NCBI GenBank assembly: GCA_037139975.1
Contig: JBAXFJ010000001.1
Location: forward strand, 171,017-235,016
Origin: a bacterium
GTDB lineage: Bacteria; Patescibacteriota; Minisyncoccia; Phycocordibacterales; SBAW01
Direction: 5' to 3'
Length of the DNA stretch: 64,000 nt
Part shown: positions 20,138 through 30,133 of the stretch, piece by piece
How positions within the stretch are numbered: the first letter of the stretch is position 1
Layout of the letters: the number at the start of each line of letters is the position of its first letter
Made by a program: the position numbers and the translations under genes
The notes under the pieces: generated by a model
Told to the model about the DNA's origin: nothing
What the model saw: the letters and a program-made list of their open reading frames with translations, nothing else
The model's database searches: none

Positions 20138-20158
20138 TTTTAGATAACACAAAAAGAT

Positions 20159-20629
20159 ATGCGACGCCCCGTCAAAAATAGGAATATGGTCGGCCCAGAT
20201 GCAAAGTATCAATCTTTGCGGGTTGAGAAATTCATCAACTCAGTCATGTGGGATGGCAAAAAGAGCGTAGCCCGCAAGGTTGTCTACGATGCTTTTGACT
20301 TGGTTGCTGAAAAGACCAAAAACGAGAGCCCTCTTGAGGTGTTTGAGACTGCGGTCCGTAACGTGGGCCCCGCAATGGAGATCCGCTCGCGCCGTGTTGG
20401 TGGCGCCAACTACCAGGTGCCACGCGAAGTGCGCCCTGAACGCAAGCAAGCACTCGCGTTTCGTTGGATGCTCACCGCTGCCCGTGCTCGCAAAGGCATG
20501 CCGATGCACGAGCGCCTCGCACTTGAAATAATCGCCGCCTCCAATAACGAAGGTCCTGCAATCAAAAAGAAAGACGATACACACCGCATGGCCGAAGCCA
20601 ACAAAGCCTTCGCCCACTTCGCCTGGTAG
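20159..20629 (+). CDS. rpsG: 30S ribosomal protein S7
   Basis: [21 protein letters not shown]. Confidence 0.99.
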   Translation: MRRPVKNRNMVGPDAKYQSLRVEKFINSVMWDGKKSVARKVVYDAFDLVAEKTKNESPLEVFETAVRNVGPAMEIRSRRVGGANYQVPREVRPERKQALAFRWMLTAARARKGMPMHERLALEIIAASNNEGPAIKKKDDTHRMAEANKAFAHFAW

Positions 20630-20744
20630 TTTGCTTTTCCAGTAATTTTTAGTATTCTAAGTGCAACGCCTCGGGCATCCGCCAACTGGCGGATTTTTAA
20701 CTCTATCATTTAAAAACCTAGTAATTACTTGTAACTATTTATTT

Positions 20745-22895
20745 ATGCCAACACGCGACTATCCGCTCGATAAGGTTCGAAACTTCGGTATCATCGCCCA
20801 CATCGACGCGGGGAAGACCACTACCTCTGAGCGCGTTTTGTATTACACCGGCTCGCAGCACAAAATCGGTGAGGTGCACGAAGGCGAGACGACCACCGAC
20901 TGGATGGAGCAAGAGCGTGAGCGTGGTATCACCATCACTGCAGCGGCTATTACCTGTTTTTGGGCCCGCACTGACGAACCCGACAAGAAAGACCCAGCCA
21001 AAAAGTATCGTTTCAACGTTATCGACACCCCGGGCCACATCGACTTTACTGTTGAGGTGAAGCGCTCGATGCGCGTCCTCGACGGCGCCGTCGTGGTGTT
21101 TGACGGTGTTGCTGGTGTGGAGCCACAGTCTGAAACAAACTGGCGCTACGCCGACGAGGCAGGAGTGCCACGCATCTGTTTCATCAACAAGATGGACCGC
21201 ATGGGCGCCAATTTTGAAAAATCATACGCTTCTATCCTTGATCGTCTCACCAAAAAAGCCGTGCGCATGCAGCTCCCCATCGGGGCTGAGGAAAATTTCA
21301 CCGGCATGGTGAACCTGCTCGAGGAAAAAGCCTATCGTTTTGAAGGCGACATGGGCGAGGAAGTCATTGCCTATGACGTGCCCGAGGATATGAAGGCCGA
21401 AGTTGCCAAGTATCGCGCTGAACTCATCGAGAAAATTGTCGAGCAAGACGAGCAGATGATGAGCGACTACCTTGAAGGTAAAGAGCCTTCGCTCGAAGAC
21501 CTTAAGAAAATGCTCCGCAAAGGCATTTTGAAAAACGAAATTTTCCCTGTGTATACCGGTTCTGCCCTTAAAAACAAAGGTGTACAGTTGGTGCTCGACG
21601 GTGTCGTCGACTACCTTCCATCGCCCGTTGATTTGCCACCCGTGAAAGGCGTCAATCCTAAAACAGGGGAGGAGGTGTTCCGCAAAGCGGACGACAACGA
21701 GCCGTTCTGTGCGCTCGCGTTCAAGCTTCAAGCCGACAAGTTCGTGGGCAAGCTCGCCTTCTTCCGCGTTTATTCAGGCTCGCTTGAAGCAGGATCATAT
21801 ATATACAACTCAACCACCGGCCAGAAAGAGCGCGTAGGTCGCATTGTGCGCCTCCAAGCTGACAAACGCGAAGAGGTAAAGAAAGTGTATGCGGGTGAGA
21901 TCGCCGCTGCGGTGGGCCTACGTGACGTGCGCACCAGTCACACGCTCTGCAGCGAAGAAAACCCAATTATTCTTGAACAAATCAAATTTCCTGAGCCAGT
22001 TATCTCGCTCCGTATTGAGCCAAAAACCAAGGCTGACCAAGAGAAGATGGGTATTGCGCTTAAGGAGCTCTCCGACGAAGACCCAACATTGCGCATCACT
22101 TCGAACGCTGAAACCAACGAAACCCTCATCTCGGGAATGGGCGAGCTGCACCTCGAGATCATCGTTGACCGTATGAAGCGTGAGTTCAACGTTGATGCCA
22201 ATGTTGGCGCGCCACAGGTTGCCTACCGTGAGACGATTATGCAAGAGGCCACTGCCGAGCACAAATACATCAAGCAAACAGGCGGTAAGGGTCAGTACGG
22301 TCACGTGAAGCTTACGCTGAAGCCGCTTGAACCACTTGATCCAGACAAAAAAGTTTCTAAAAATACCCACCGCTCCGACCACTTTGAGTTCGTCAACAGC
22401 ATCAAGGGCGGCGTCATTCCACAAGAATTCATTCCTGCAGTTGAAAAGGGCGTTGAAGAGGCTATGGAGCGTGGCATTGTCGCTGGTTTCAAGATGGTCG
22501 ACGTTTCTTGTGAGCTCATCTTTGGTTCATCTCACGATGTGGACTCATCTGAAATCGCCTTTAAAATTGCCGCTTCTATGGCGTTCCAAGAAGCAGCCAA
22601 GGCAGCACGCGCCGTCATCCTCGAGCCAATCATGAGGATTGAAGTGGTCACCCCCACCGAGTACTTGGGCGACATTACTGGCAGTCTCTCGGGCAAGCGT
22701 GGTTCAATTGAAGGCACTGAGGACAGGGGAATGAATACGGCTATCAAAGCTCGCGTGCCGCTGAAAGAAATGTTTGGTTACACCACCGACCTGCGCTCGA
22801 TGACCAAGGGTCGCGCGGGTTTCACTATGGAGTTCGACCACTATGAGGTGGTGCCAAAAAACGTTGCTGACACTATTATTGCTTCAAGAAAATAA
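20745..22895 (+). CDS. fusA: Elongation factor G
   Basis: AHIDAGKTT, DTPGH, NKMD, GMGELHL; ATG at 20745. Confidence 0.99.
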   Translation: MPTRDYPLDKVRNFGIIAHIDAGKTTTSERVLYYTGSQHKIGEVHEGETTTDWMEQERERGITITAAAITCFWARTDEPDKKDPAKKYRFNVIDTPGHIDFTVEVKRSMRVLDGAVVVFDGVAGVEPQSETNWRYADEAGVPRICFINKMDRMGANFEKSYASILDRLTKKAVRMQLPIGAEENFTGMVNLLEEKAYRFEGDMGEEVIAYDVPEDMKAEVAKYRAELIEKIVEQDEQMMSDYLEGKEPSLEDLKKMLRKGILKNEIFPVYTGSALKNKGVQLVLDGVVDYLPSPVDLPPVKGVNPKTGEEVFRKADDNEPFCALAFKLQADKFVGKLAFFRVYSGSLEAGSYIYNSTTGQKERVGRIVRLQADKREEVKKVYAGEIAAAVGLRDVRTSHTLCSEENPIILEQIKFPEPVISLRIEPKTKADQEKMGIALKELSDEDPTLRITSNAETNETLISGMGELHLEIIVDRMKREFNVDANVGAPQVAYRETIMQEATAEHKYIKQTGGKGQYGHVKLTLKPLEPLDPDKKVSKNTHRSDHFEFVNSIKGGVIPQEFIPAVEKGVEEAMERGIVAGFKMVDVSCELIFGSSHDVDSSEIAFKIAASMAFQEAAKAARAVILEPIMRIEVVTPTEYLGDITGSLSGKRGSIEGTEDRGMNTAIKARVPLKEMFGYTTDLRSMTKGRAGFTMEFDHYEVVPKNVADTIIASRK

Positions 22896-22898
22896 AAA

Positions 22899-23417
22899 TT
22901 ACCACATGCTACACGCAGTAGCCCCGCTACACACCATCCACGACCAGGTGGGGCGTGCAGGATCATAAAATTCATCACTTGTTGGGGTCGAGGCGACTTG
23001 TGAGTTTGCAGGAAAGTTATCTATGAGTTTATAACTTTGTCCATCTGAACAATAAAGATATGCTCTGTTTATCGCAGTGGTTCCGTCAAGTTGTGGATCT
23101 TGTGGTAGTGCAGAGGTGTTAGTGTATGCCGGGGCAAGTCCGGGTATATAGTTTGTCTTGTTTCCATAGTCAGTCGTGTTGCCCCACCAACTATTGCAAC
23201 TGCTGCCGCCCGTGTTGCCAGTAGAAGGGTAGGCGTTATTGTCGTTGTAATACACCGAAAGGGAAAGGGCGAGGTTTTTGAGGTCGCTTTTGCGTTTGGT
23301 GTCGTTTGCGCGGTACTTGGCGCTCGAGAGGCTGGTCATCACAATGCCTGCCAAAATGGCTATGATTCCAATTACCACCATCAATTCAACAAGTGTAAAT
23401 CCTCTTTTGTGTGACAT
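22899..23417 (-). CDS. Type IV pilin / GspG-like prepilin
   Basis: MSHKRG/FTLVELMVVIGIIAIL class III signal; LPQDP motif; C-terminal cysteines. Confidence 0.93.
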   Translation of the reverse strand: MSHKRGFTLVELMVVIGIIAILAGIVMTSLSSAKYRANDTKRKSDLKNLALSLSVYYNDNNAYPSTGNTGGSSCNSWWGNTTDYGNKTNYIPGLAPAYTNTSALPQDPQLDGTTAINRAYLYCSDGQSYKLIDNFPANSQVASTPTSDEFYDPARPTWSWMVCSGATACSMW

Positions 23418-23444
23418 ATCACAAGTAAAGCACGTTTTGTTTGG

Positions 23445-23473
23445 TTGCGCTTTGACTTTGACTTTGCTAGTAT
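23445..23473 (+). promoter_or_regulatory. Internal promoter for tuf
   Basis: TTGCGC-17-TAGTAT with TGn extension. Confidence 0.55.
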
Positions 23474-23553
23474 GTGCATAACGCATGTAGCGCGTGCTTT
23501 CGTGTGCTCTGGTGTGTAGCAAGGTATTAATTAGTCAGTAATCATTTATTTAT

Positions 23554-24753
23554 ATGGCAACATTTGAACGAGAAAAGCCGCACGTGAATGTCGGCACCAT
23601 TGGGCACGTCGACCACGGCAAGACCACCTTGACCGCATCTATCCTCCATACGCTTGATATGGCAAAGGGGGAGGGCTACGGTGCACGCGTTGAAAACGTC
23701 GATGGTATCGACAACGCTCCTGAAGAAAAGGCACGCGGTATCACCATCGCGCTCCACCACTCCGAATACTGGACACCGAACCGCCACTACGCGCACATCG
23801 ACGCTCCAGGTCACGCCGACTACATCAAAAACATGATTACCGGTGCCGCTCAAATGGACGGTGCAGTCCTCGTGGTTGCTGCGACCGACGGTGTGATGCC
23901 CCAGACTCGTGAACACATTCTCCTTGCAAAGCAGGTTGGTGTGCCAAAAGTCATTGTCTTTCTCAACAAGTGCGACATGGTGGACGACAAAGACCTCATC
24001 GACCTCGTTGAAGAAGAGGTGCGCGAACTTCTCACCAAGCAGGGTTTTGATGGCGCTGCAACCCCGATCATTCGTGGTTCAGGCCTCAAAGCGCTCGAGA
24101 GCAACGATCTCAGTAATGAATGGTCACAGAAAGTGCTTGAACTCATCAAAACACTTGATACCTACATTCCACAACCAGCACGCGAGATGGACAAGCCATT
24201 CCTTATGCCAATTGAAGACATCTTCTCGATTGAAGGTCGTGGCACTGTGGTGACTGGCCGTATTGAGCGTGGTCAGGTCAAGGTTGGCGAGGAAGTTGAG
24301 ATCATCGGCCTCCAGCCAACTGCTAAGACCACCATTACCGGCATCGAGATGTTCAACAAGCAACTCGAAGCAGGTATGGCAGGCGACAACGCGGGCATCC
24401 TCCTGCGCGGCACCAAGAAAGAAGACATTCATCGTGGCCAGGTGCTTGCCAAGACCGGCTCAGTTACTCCACACACCGAGTTTGAGGCAGAAGTCTACAT
24501 CCTCAACAAGGACGAAGGTGGTCGCCACACACCATTCTTTACGGGCTACAAACCACAGTTCTATGTGCGCACCACTGACGTGACGGGCGAGGTGACTCTT
24601 GCTGCGGGTGTTGAAATGGTTATGCCAGGCGACACCGCAGTCTTTAAGGTTAAACTCGTTGCCCCTGTGGCACTTGAGGAAAAGCAGCGCTTTGCAGTCC
24701 GCGAGGGCGGCAAGACCGTGGGCGCCGGTGTCGTCACCAAGATTGTTGCGTAA
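23554..24753 (+). CDS. tuf: Elongation factor Tu
   Basis: [21 protein letters not shown]. Confidence 0.99.
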   Translation: MATFEREKPHVNVGTIGHVDHGKTTLTASILHTLDMAKGEGYGARVENVDGIDNAPEEKARGITIALHHSEYWTPNRHYAHIDAPGHADYIKNMITGAAQMDGAVLVVAATDGVMPQTREHILLAKQVGVPKVIVFLNKCDMVDDKDLIDLVEEEVRELLTKQGFDGAATPIIRGSGLKALESNDLSNEWSQKVLELIKTLDTYIPQPAREMDKPFLMPIEDIFSIEGRGTVVTGRIERGQVKVGEEVEIIGLQPTAKTTITGIEMFNKQLEAGMAGDNAGILLRGTKKEDIHRGQVLAKTGSVTPHTEFEAEVYILNKDEGGRHTPFFTGYKPQFYVRTTDVTGEVTLAAGVEMVMPGDTAVFKVKLVAPVALEEKQRFAVREGGKTVGAGVVTKIVA

Positions 24754-24788
24754 TCTAGATAACTCGTTATCTAGCAATAAAAGAAAGC

Positions 24789-25163
24789 ATGCCAGAAACA
24801 GCAACAAAAAAAGCACCAGCCAAGCGTGCAAGTCGCGCAAAAGCTGCAGAAGCTCCCGCACAACGTTTGCGCATCAAGGTGCGTGCCTATGAGCACAAAG
24901 TGCTTGACGCATCCATTAAGCAGATCCTCGACACAGCGCTTCGCTATGACGCGATTGTCGCAGGGCCCATCCCACTTCCAACCGAGATCACTAAATACAC
25001 CGTCAACCGCTCAACGTTCGTCTACAAAGACGCGCGTGAACAGTTTGAAAAGCGTGTGCACAAGCGCATCATCGACATTCTTGACCCATCACAGAAGGTT
25101 ATCGAGGCGCTCACCAACCTCTCGCTCCCTTCGGGAGTGACCATTGAGGTGAAGATGGTGTAA
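24789..25163 (+). CDS. rpsJ: 30S ribosomal protein S10
   Basis: GPIPLPT, REQFEKRVHKR. Confidence 0.98.
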   Translation: MPETATKKAPAKRASRAKAAEAPAQRLRIKVRAYEHKVLDASIKQILDTALRYDAIVAGPIPLPTEITKYTVNRSTFVYKDAREQFEKRVHKRIIDILDPSQKVIEALTNLSLPSGVTIEVKMV

Positions 25164-25209
25164 AAACTCAAAACACTCAAACAAAAAGTAGAAAATAAAA
25201 GTGCTTAAG

Positions 25210-25250
25210 AAAAAATCTCCACACTAAAATCAAAAGTGTGGAGATTTTTT
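25210..25250 (+). terminator. Terminator after rpsJ
   Basis: aaaaaatctccacact...agtgtggagatttttt hairpin. Confidence 0.8.
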
Positions 25251-25251
25251 C

Positions 25252-25280
25252 TTGCGCTTGATGAGCGTTTCAAGTATACT
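25252..25280 (+). promoter_or_regulatory. Promoter P1 in the rpsJ-rplC gap
   Basis: TTGCGC-17-TATACT. Confidence 0.7.
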
Positions 25281-25286
25281 TGATAA

Positions 25287-25469
25287 AAGTTGCTCATTTG
25301 TTTTAGGGTTAGTGCGTGCGCACAAAATACACACCATATTGCAATATGGTGTGCCGATTGCTCGGGTTTTTTGTTTGCTTAACCTCATCTCTAGAAAAGG
25401 CAAAGCAAGCAAAGGACAAAACGACAGATCGACAAAAACACTCCCCGGGCGGGGAGTGTTTTTGTGTCC
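25287..25469 (+). ncRNA. Candidate structured sRNA or attenuated leader
   Basis: Lies between P1 and a strong hairpin (acaaaaacactcccc/ggggagtgtttttgt); contains the palindrome acaccatattgcaatatggtgt. Confidence 0.4.
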
Positions 25470-25500
25470 AAAACTAAAAAGAGTATTCGCTACAAGTTTC

Positions 25501-25529
25501 TTGCATAACTGAAAGGGTTCGTGTACAGT
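25501..25529 (+). promoter_or_regulatory. Promoter P2 for rplC
   Basis: TTGCAT-17-TACAGT. Confidence 0.6.
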
Positions 25530-25618
25530 GTTGTGGACTCTCAATAAGAGGTTGTCCATGTCCCGGGCCGGATGGCCGCTCAGATTTCAGTATCAGGGTA
25601 GGGGGACCAATAGAAACC

Positions 25619-26302
25619 ATGAAATTCATCCTTGGAACAAAGGAAAAAATGACCACTATCTATACCGAAGAGGGACGGTCTTTTGCCGCGACCATTGTGT
25701 TGGCTGCGCCAGCAATCATCTCTCAAATCAAAACAAAAGAGACCGACGGCTATAACGCGGTCCAGCTTGCCGCAGTTGAGGAAACAAAAGAAAAGCGCGT
25801 GAACAAAGCACAGCTTGGTCACGCGCACGCGGCTCAAAAAGACACTGCTGAAGGTGAACGCAAAGGCTTCCGTGTGTTTCGTGAGGTTCGTCAACGTGAC
25901 GGCGCTCTTCCTGCTGAGGCGGTTCTTGGTGCCACGATTGATATCTCCATGTTTGCTCCGGGCGACATGGTGCAGGTCTCGGCAGTTTCCAAAGGAAAAG
26001 GCTTTCAGGGCGTCATCAAGCGCCACGGCTTCCACGGTGGCCCACGCTCGCATGGTCAAAAGCACTCCGAGCGCTCCCCAGGCTCCATTGGTGGTTCTGG
26101 TGGCCGCGCTGGTGGTCGTGTGGCAAAAGGTATGAAGATGGCCGGCCGCATGGGCTCTGATCGCGTCACCGTCCGCAACCTGTCTATCCTCCAAGTGCAC
26201 CCCGAGACGGGCGAATTGGTCATCTCTGGCGCAATTCCTGGTCGCCGTGGTACGTTGGTTGAGATCCGCGAGGTGGTCAAGACTTCTTTTCCTAAGAAAT
26301 AA
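25619..26302 (+). CDS. rplC: 50S ribosomal protein L3
   Basis: SKGKGFQGVIKRH, MAGRMG. Confidence 0.99.
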   Translation: MKFILGTKEKMTTIYTEEGRSFAATIVLAAPAIISQIKTKETDGYNAVQLAAVEETKEKRVNKAQLGHAHAAQKDTAEGERKGFRVFREVRQRDGALPAEAVLGATIDISMFAPGDMVQVSAVSKGKGFQGVIKRHGFHGGPRSHGQKHSERSPGSIGGSGGRAGGRVAKGMKMAGRMGSDRVTVRNLSILQVHPETGELVISGAIPGRRGTLVEIREVVKTSFPKK

Positions 26303-26304
26303 AT

Positions 26305-26970
26305 ATGGAATCAATTGTATATAACATAAAGGGTGAGAAGGCGGGGACCATCAATGCTCCTGAAAGCGTCTTTGGGCTTCCTTGGAATGCCGACTTGGTG
26401 CACCAGGTTGTTGTGGGTATGCAGGCAAATGCTCGTATCCCCATCGCACACACCAAAGACCGCAGCGAGGTGCGCGGCGGCGGTAAAAAGCCTTGGAAAC
26501 AAAAGGGTACTGGCCGCGCGCGTGTTGGCTCGAGTCGTTCACCAATCTGGAAGGGAGGCGGTGTGACTCACGGTCCTCGCAACGAGAAAATCTATGCAGT
26601 CAAAATCAACCAAAAAGTACGCCAAAAAGCCTTGCTCGTGGTGCTTTCTCGCAAAATGAAAGATGGTGAAATCATCTTCCTTGATTCACTCGAGATGGCA
26701 GCCCCAAAGGCAGTGTTGGGTAAAGCAGTGCTTTCAGCATTCAGCAAGCAGTTCTCTGGTTTTAATAAGGCAAAGCACGCGGCTTTGATTGCTCTCCCAA
26801 GCGCACACGCCGCAACGCAAAAGAGCTTCAGCAACTTTGGTAACGTCTCGGTTGAAGAGATGCGTAATCTCAACCCTGTTTCCGTCCTTTCGCACAAGTA
26901 CCTGGTCGTGGCAAGCCCGCAGGCCGCAATAGACATGCTTTCTAAAAAGAGCGTTGTTAAGGCTAAATAA
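26305..26970 (+). CDS. rplD: 50S ribosomal protein L4
   Basis: GGGKKPWKQKGTGRAR. Confidence 0.99.
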   Translation: MESIVYNIKGEKAGTINAPESVFGLPWNADLVHQVVVGMQANARIPIAHTKDRSEVRGGGKKPWKQKGTGRARVGSSRSPIWKGGGVTHGPRNEKIYAVKINQKVRQKALLVVLSRKMKDGEIIFLDSLEMAAPKAVLGKAVLSAFSKQFSGFNKAKHAALIALPSAHAATQKSFSNFGNVSVEEMRNLNPVSVLSHKYLVVASPQAAIDMLSKKSVVKAK

Positions 26971-26975
26971 ATTAT

Positions 26976-27263
26976 ATGCAAAAACACAACGGCACAATCT
27001 TGCTCTCTCCACGCATTACTGAAAAAGGCGCATACGTCTCTGCAAACGGCGCCTATGTTTTCAACGTGGCTCCTGCAGCAAACAAAAAAGAAATTGCAGA
27101 GGCGGTGCAGGCTCTCTACAAAGTAACACCACGCAAGGTTGCCACCGTGACGGTGCCACGCAAGGTGGTCAAGACACGCGGCACCAATCGCACTGGCAAG
27201 ACAGTGGGTGGCAAAAAGGCCTATGTATACCTCAAGAAGGGAGAAACGATAGAATTAATGTAA
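26976..27263 (+). CDS. rplW: 50S ribosomal protein L23
   Basis: PRITEK, KKAYVYL. Confidence 0.97.
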   Translation: MQKHNGTILLSPRITEKGAYVSANGAYVFNVAPAANKKEIAEAVQALYKVTPRKVATVTVPRKVVKTRGTNRTGKTVGGKKAYVYLKKGETIELM

Positions 27264-27270
27264 TAAAATT

Positions 27271-27356
27271 ATATAGAAATTTTTATGAAAAATTTATATA
27301 ATCGTCGTTCGCTCGGAAATAAAAACAAGTTTTAATTTCTCTCACTTCACTAGATT
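27271..27356 (+). repeat. Intergenic element directly upstream of rplB (copy 1)
   Basis: Core 27292-27356 matches the reverse complement of 41965-42029 at 61 of 65 positions. Confidence 0.9.
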
Positions 27357-28205
27357 ATGAAAAAGTATAAACCATACACCAAATCACGCCGACACATGAC
27401 TACGGTCACGTTTGCGGGCAAAATCACCGCCACCGAGCCTCATAAGGCGCTCACTTCGGGTGGCAAGCGTGACTTTGGCCGCAACAATGCGGGCCGCATC
27501 ACGGTGCGTCACAAGGGCGGTGGACACAAACGTCTTTTGCGCGATGTTGATTTTGGCTACAAGAAGATTGTTCCTGCGGTGGTTGAGACGGTTGAATATG
27601 ATCCAAACCGCTCGGGATTCATCGGCTTGCTCCTCTATAAAGACGGCGAGCGTCGCTACGGCCTCCTACCACGTTCAATCGGTGTTGGCTCGCCAATACT
27701 CGCGGGTGAAGACGTACCCGCAACACCAGGAAACCGCATGCCACTGAAAAATATCCCTGTTGGGGCAATGATCTACAATGTTGAGCTCAAACCGGGCCAG
27801 GGGGGCAAAATGGGCCGCTCAGCGGGCACCCACATCGAACTCATTGCACGTGACCAGGGTTATGCAGAGCTTAAGATGCCTTCATCTGAAATCCGCAAGG
27901 TCCAGGACACCTGCTGGGCAACTATCGGTGAGGTCTCCAACGAAGAGCACCACCTGCGCGTTATCGGCAAGGCCGGCCGCAGCCGTTGGCTCGGCATTCG
28001 CCCAACGGTGCGCGGCACCGCGATGAACCCTGTGGACCACCCACACGGCGGTGGTGAAGGCCGCCAAGGCCGCGGTTTGCGCCGCGCAAAGACCCTTTGG
28101 GGCAAGCCGTCGGGCAAGGGTCAAAAGACACGCAAACCAAAGAAATACTCAAACAAACTCATCGTCTCTCGCCGAAAAGTTGGCAAGCGAGGACAGAAGA
28201 AATAA
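27357..28205 (+). CDS. rplB: 50S ribosomal protein L2
   Basis: EYDPNRS, AMNPVDHPHGGGEG. Confidence 0.99.
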   Translation: MKKYKPYTKSRRHMTTVTFAGKITATEPHKALTSGGKRDFGRNNAGRITVRHKGGGHKRLLRDVDFGYKKIVPAVVETVEYDPNRSGFIGLLLYKDGERRYGLLPRSIGVGSPILAGEDVPATPGNRMPLKNIPVGAMIYNVELKPGQGGKMGRSAGTHIELIARDQGYAELKMPSSEIRKVQDTCWATIGEVSNEEHHLRVIGKAGRSRWLGIRPTVRGTAMNPVDHPHGGGEGRQGRGLRRAKTLWGKPSGKGQKTRKPKKYSNKLIVSRRKVGKRGQKK

Positions 28206-28211
28206 AAAAGA

Positions 28212-28241
28212 AAGAGCGCTCCCAATTCGGGGGCGCTTTTT
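28212..28241 (+). terminator. Terminator after rplB
   Basis: aagagcgctccc...gggggcgcttttt. Confidence 0.7.
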
Positions 28242-28260
28242 GATAGAACCCGAAGGGTGT

Positions 28261-28509
28261 TTAAGTAGGAGGGGTGAGGTCTCTGCCTAAGACGAACTGC
28301 CTAGCCACGGCTAACCTAACCATATCCATTGGGTTGAGAACGGTTTCGGCTGGGAAGGCTTTTTCCCAGCGTTTCTCCTCGTCGTTCCACCTTACATTTT
28401 GTCCGATGAGTCGATCGGCATAGGTGTGGTGCGGTATCACTTTCGCGCCATTGTCCAGCGTAAAAACAGGGTCGATAGCGTAAACTTCGTGCCACACAGG
28501 ATCGCTCAT
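28261..28509 (-). CDS. Hypothetical protein, antisense, between rplB and rpsS
   Basis: Fills the gap; AGGAG RBS 7 nt before ATG. Confidence 0.6.
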   Translation of the reverse strand: MSDPVWHEVYAIDPVFTLDNGAKVIPHHTYADRLIGQNVRWNDEEKRWEKAFPAETVLNPMDMVRLAVARQFVLGRDLTPPT

Positions 28510-28563
28510 GGTCGTTCTCCTATAGAGATTGTTCCAGCCCCAACCCTATAGCTTTAGCCAAAC

Positions 28564-28592
28564 TTGCGCAAGTGCGGGGTTTCCTGTACTAT
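28564..28592 (+). promoter_or_regulatory. Internal promoter for rpsS
   Basis: TTGCGC-17-TACTAT. Confidence 0.65.
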
Positions 28593-28651
28593 CTTTTTAC
28601 TCGCGCTTTGGCGCGTTTTACATTGCATAAAAGCAATTTCATACTAAAAAC

Positions 28652-29011
28652 ATGGCACGATCACTCTCAAAAGGACCATACGTCGACGAAAAGCTTCTCA
28701 AAAAGATTGAGGGCAAAAAACCTCAGACCGCTGAGACGATTCGCACATGGTCACGCCGCAGCCAAATCGCTCCTGAGATGGTGGGCTTCAAATTTGGTGT
28801 CCACAATGGCAAAACCCACATCGACGTGCTCGTGTCTGAAGACATGGTGGGTCACCGCCTAGGTGAATTCTCGCCCACCAAGAAGTTTCTCCGTCACGGC
28901 GGTAAAATGCAGAAAGAAATGGAGCAGAAGGCAAAGCAGTCTGAGATAGCCTCGGCGCAGGCGGCAAAAGCAGCAACCACAACTGCCGCTGCAGCTGCAA
29001 AAAAGAAATAG
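28652..29011 (+). CDS. rpsS: 30S ribosomal protein S19 (Ala/Lys-rich C-terminal extension)
   Basis: [22 protein letters not shown]. Confidence 0.99.
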   Translation: MARSLSKGPYVDEKLLKKIEGKKPQTAETIRTWSRRSQIAPEMVGFKFGVHNGKTHIDVLVSEDMVGHRLGEFSPTKKFLRHGGKMQKEMEQKAKQSEIASAQAAKAATTTAAAAAKKK

Positions 29012-29024
29012 AAATTAAATTCAT

Positions 29025-29423
29025 ATGGCACACGCAACCGCATCACTCATCAATTACCGCCAATCACCACGCAAGGTGCGTTTGATTGCTGACTTGGTGC
29101 GCGGCAAGAGCGTCGATCGTGCGTTGGCGCTTCTCGCAACATTGCCCAAGCGGGGGAGTGAGCCGATGGAAAAGCTTGTACGCTCAGCCATCGCTAATGC
29201 TGTACAAAAAGGTGCAACTGCCAGTGACTTGGTGATCGAAAAGATCGAGGTCAACGGCGGCATCGTCTTTAAACGTTCTATGCCACGTGCGCGCGGTCGT
29301 GCGGCGCCTATCCGCAAGAAATCGAGCCACATTACACTTGCGTTGGGTGTCAAAAGCGGCGTAGCTAAAGCAAAGAAAGTTTCAAAATCAGCGGCAGCAA
29401 AGAGTTCGACTGAAACCAAATAA
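29025..29423 (+). CDS. rplV: 50S ribosomal protein L22
   Basis: RQSPRKVRL, PRARGRA. Confidence 0.98.
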   Translation: MAHATASLINYRQSPRKVRLIADLVRGKSVDRALALLATLPKRGSEPMEKLVRSAIANAVQKGATASDLVIEKIEVNGGIVFKRSMPRARGRAAPIRKKSSHITLALGVKSGVAKAKKVSKSAAAKSSTETK

Positions 29424-29426
29424 TAT

Positions 29427-30110
29427 ATGTCAAAAATCGTACACCCCTATGCATATCGACTCGGGATTCTGCGTGACTGGCGTCATCGCTGGTTTGCGGT
29501 GGCTCCAAAATACCAAGAATATTTGAAGGCTGATATCTTGCTGCGTGAATTTTTGCAAAAAGACCTCCGCCCCATGCACCTCGGTGGTATTGAGCTCGAG
29601 CGGGGTGAGAAAAACTTGCGCGTTATCATCAAGACCTCACGTCCCGGCCTCATCATTGGTCGTTCAGGTGAAGGCTCGGTCAAGCTCAAGAACAAAATCG
29701 TTGCATTTTTGAAGTCAAAAAAGCTCGAAGTTCCCGAAGTGAAGCTCGATATTGAAGAGATCCGCTCACCCGAGAGCAACGCTGCCATCGTAGCCTATAT
29801 GGTCGCCGAGGGGATGGAGAAGCGCATGCCGTTTCGCCGGGTTCTCAAACAGACTATCGAAAAGGTTATAGCAAATCGTGAAGTAAAAGGAGTACGCATC
29901 GCCGTCTCGGGCATGCTCGGTTCTGGCTCGATGTCGCGTAAAGAAGAACTCAAGAAAGGCCGTGTTCCACTTCAGACGCTGCGTTCGGACATTGACTACG
30001 CACGCGAACGGGCAAACCTGCCGCTCGGTGTTATCGGCATCAAGGTGTGGATCTACAAAGGTGAGGTCTTTGCTGAAAAAGCCGGGGGCAAGGACAAAAA
30101 AGACAAATAG
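29427..30110 (+). CDS. rpsC: 30S ribosomal protein S3
   Basis: RPGLIIGR, VPLQTLRSDIDY. Confidence 0.98.
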   Translation: MSKIVHPYAYRLGILRDWRHRWFAVAPKYQEYLKADILLREFLQKDLRPMHLGGIELERGEKNLRVIIKTSRPGLIIGRSGEGSVKLKNKIVAFLKSKKLEVPEVKLDIEEIRSPESNAAIVAYMVAEGMEKRMPFRRVLKQTIEKVIANREVKGVRIAVSGMLGSGSMSRKEELKKGRVPLQTLRSDIDYARERANLPLGVIGIKVWIYKGEVFAEKAGGKDKKDK

Positions 30111-30133
30111 ACTTAGATTGCTGAAAAATTTTT

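Noticed and set aside
25252-25559. ORFs in the rpsJ-rplC gap
   Set aside because: They cross promoters and strong hairpins and lack coding character
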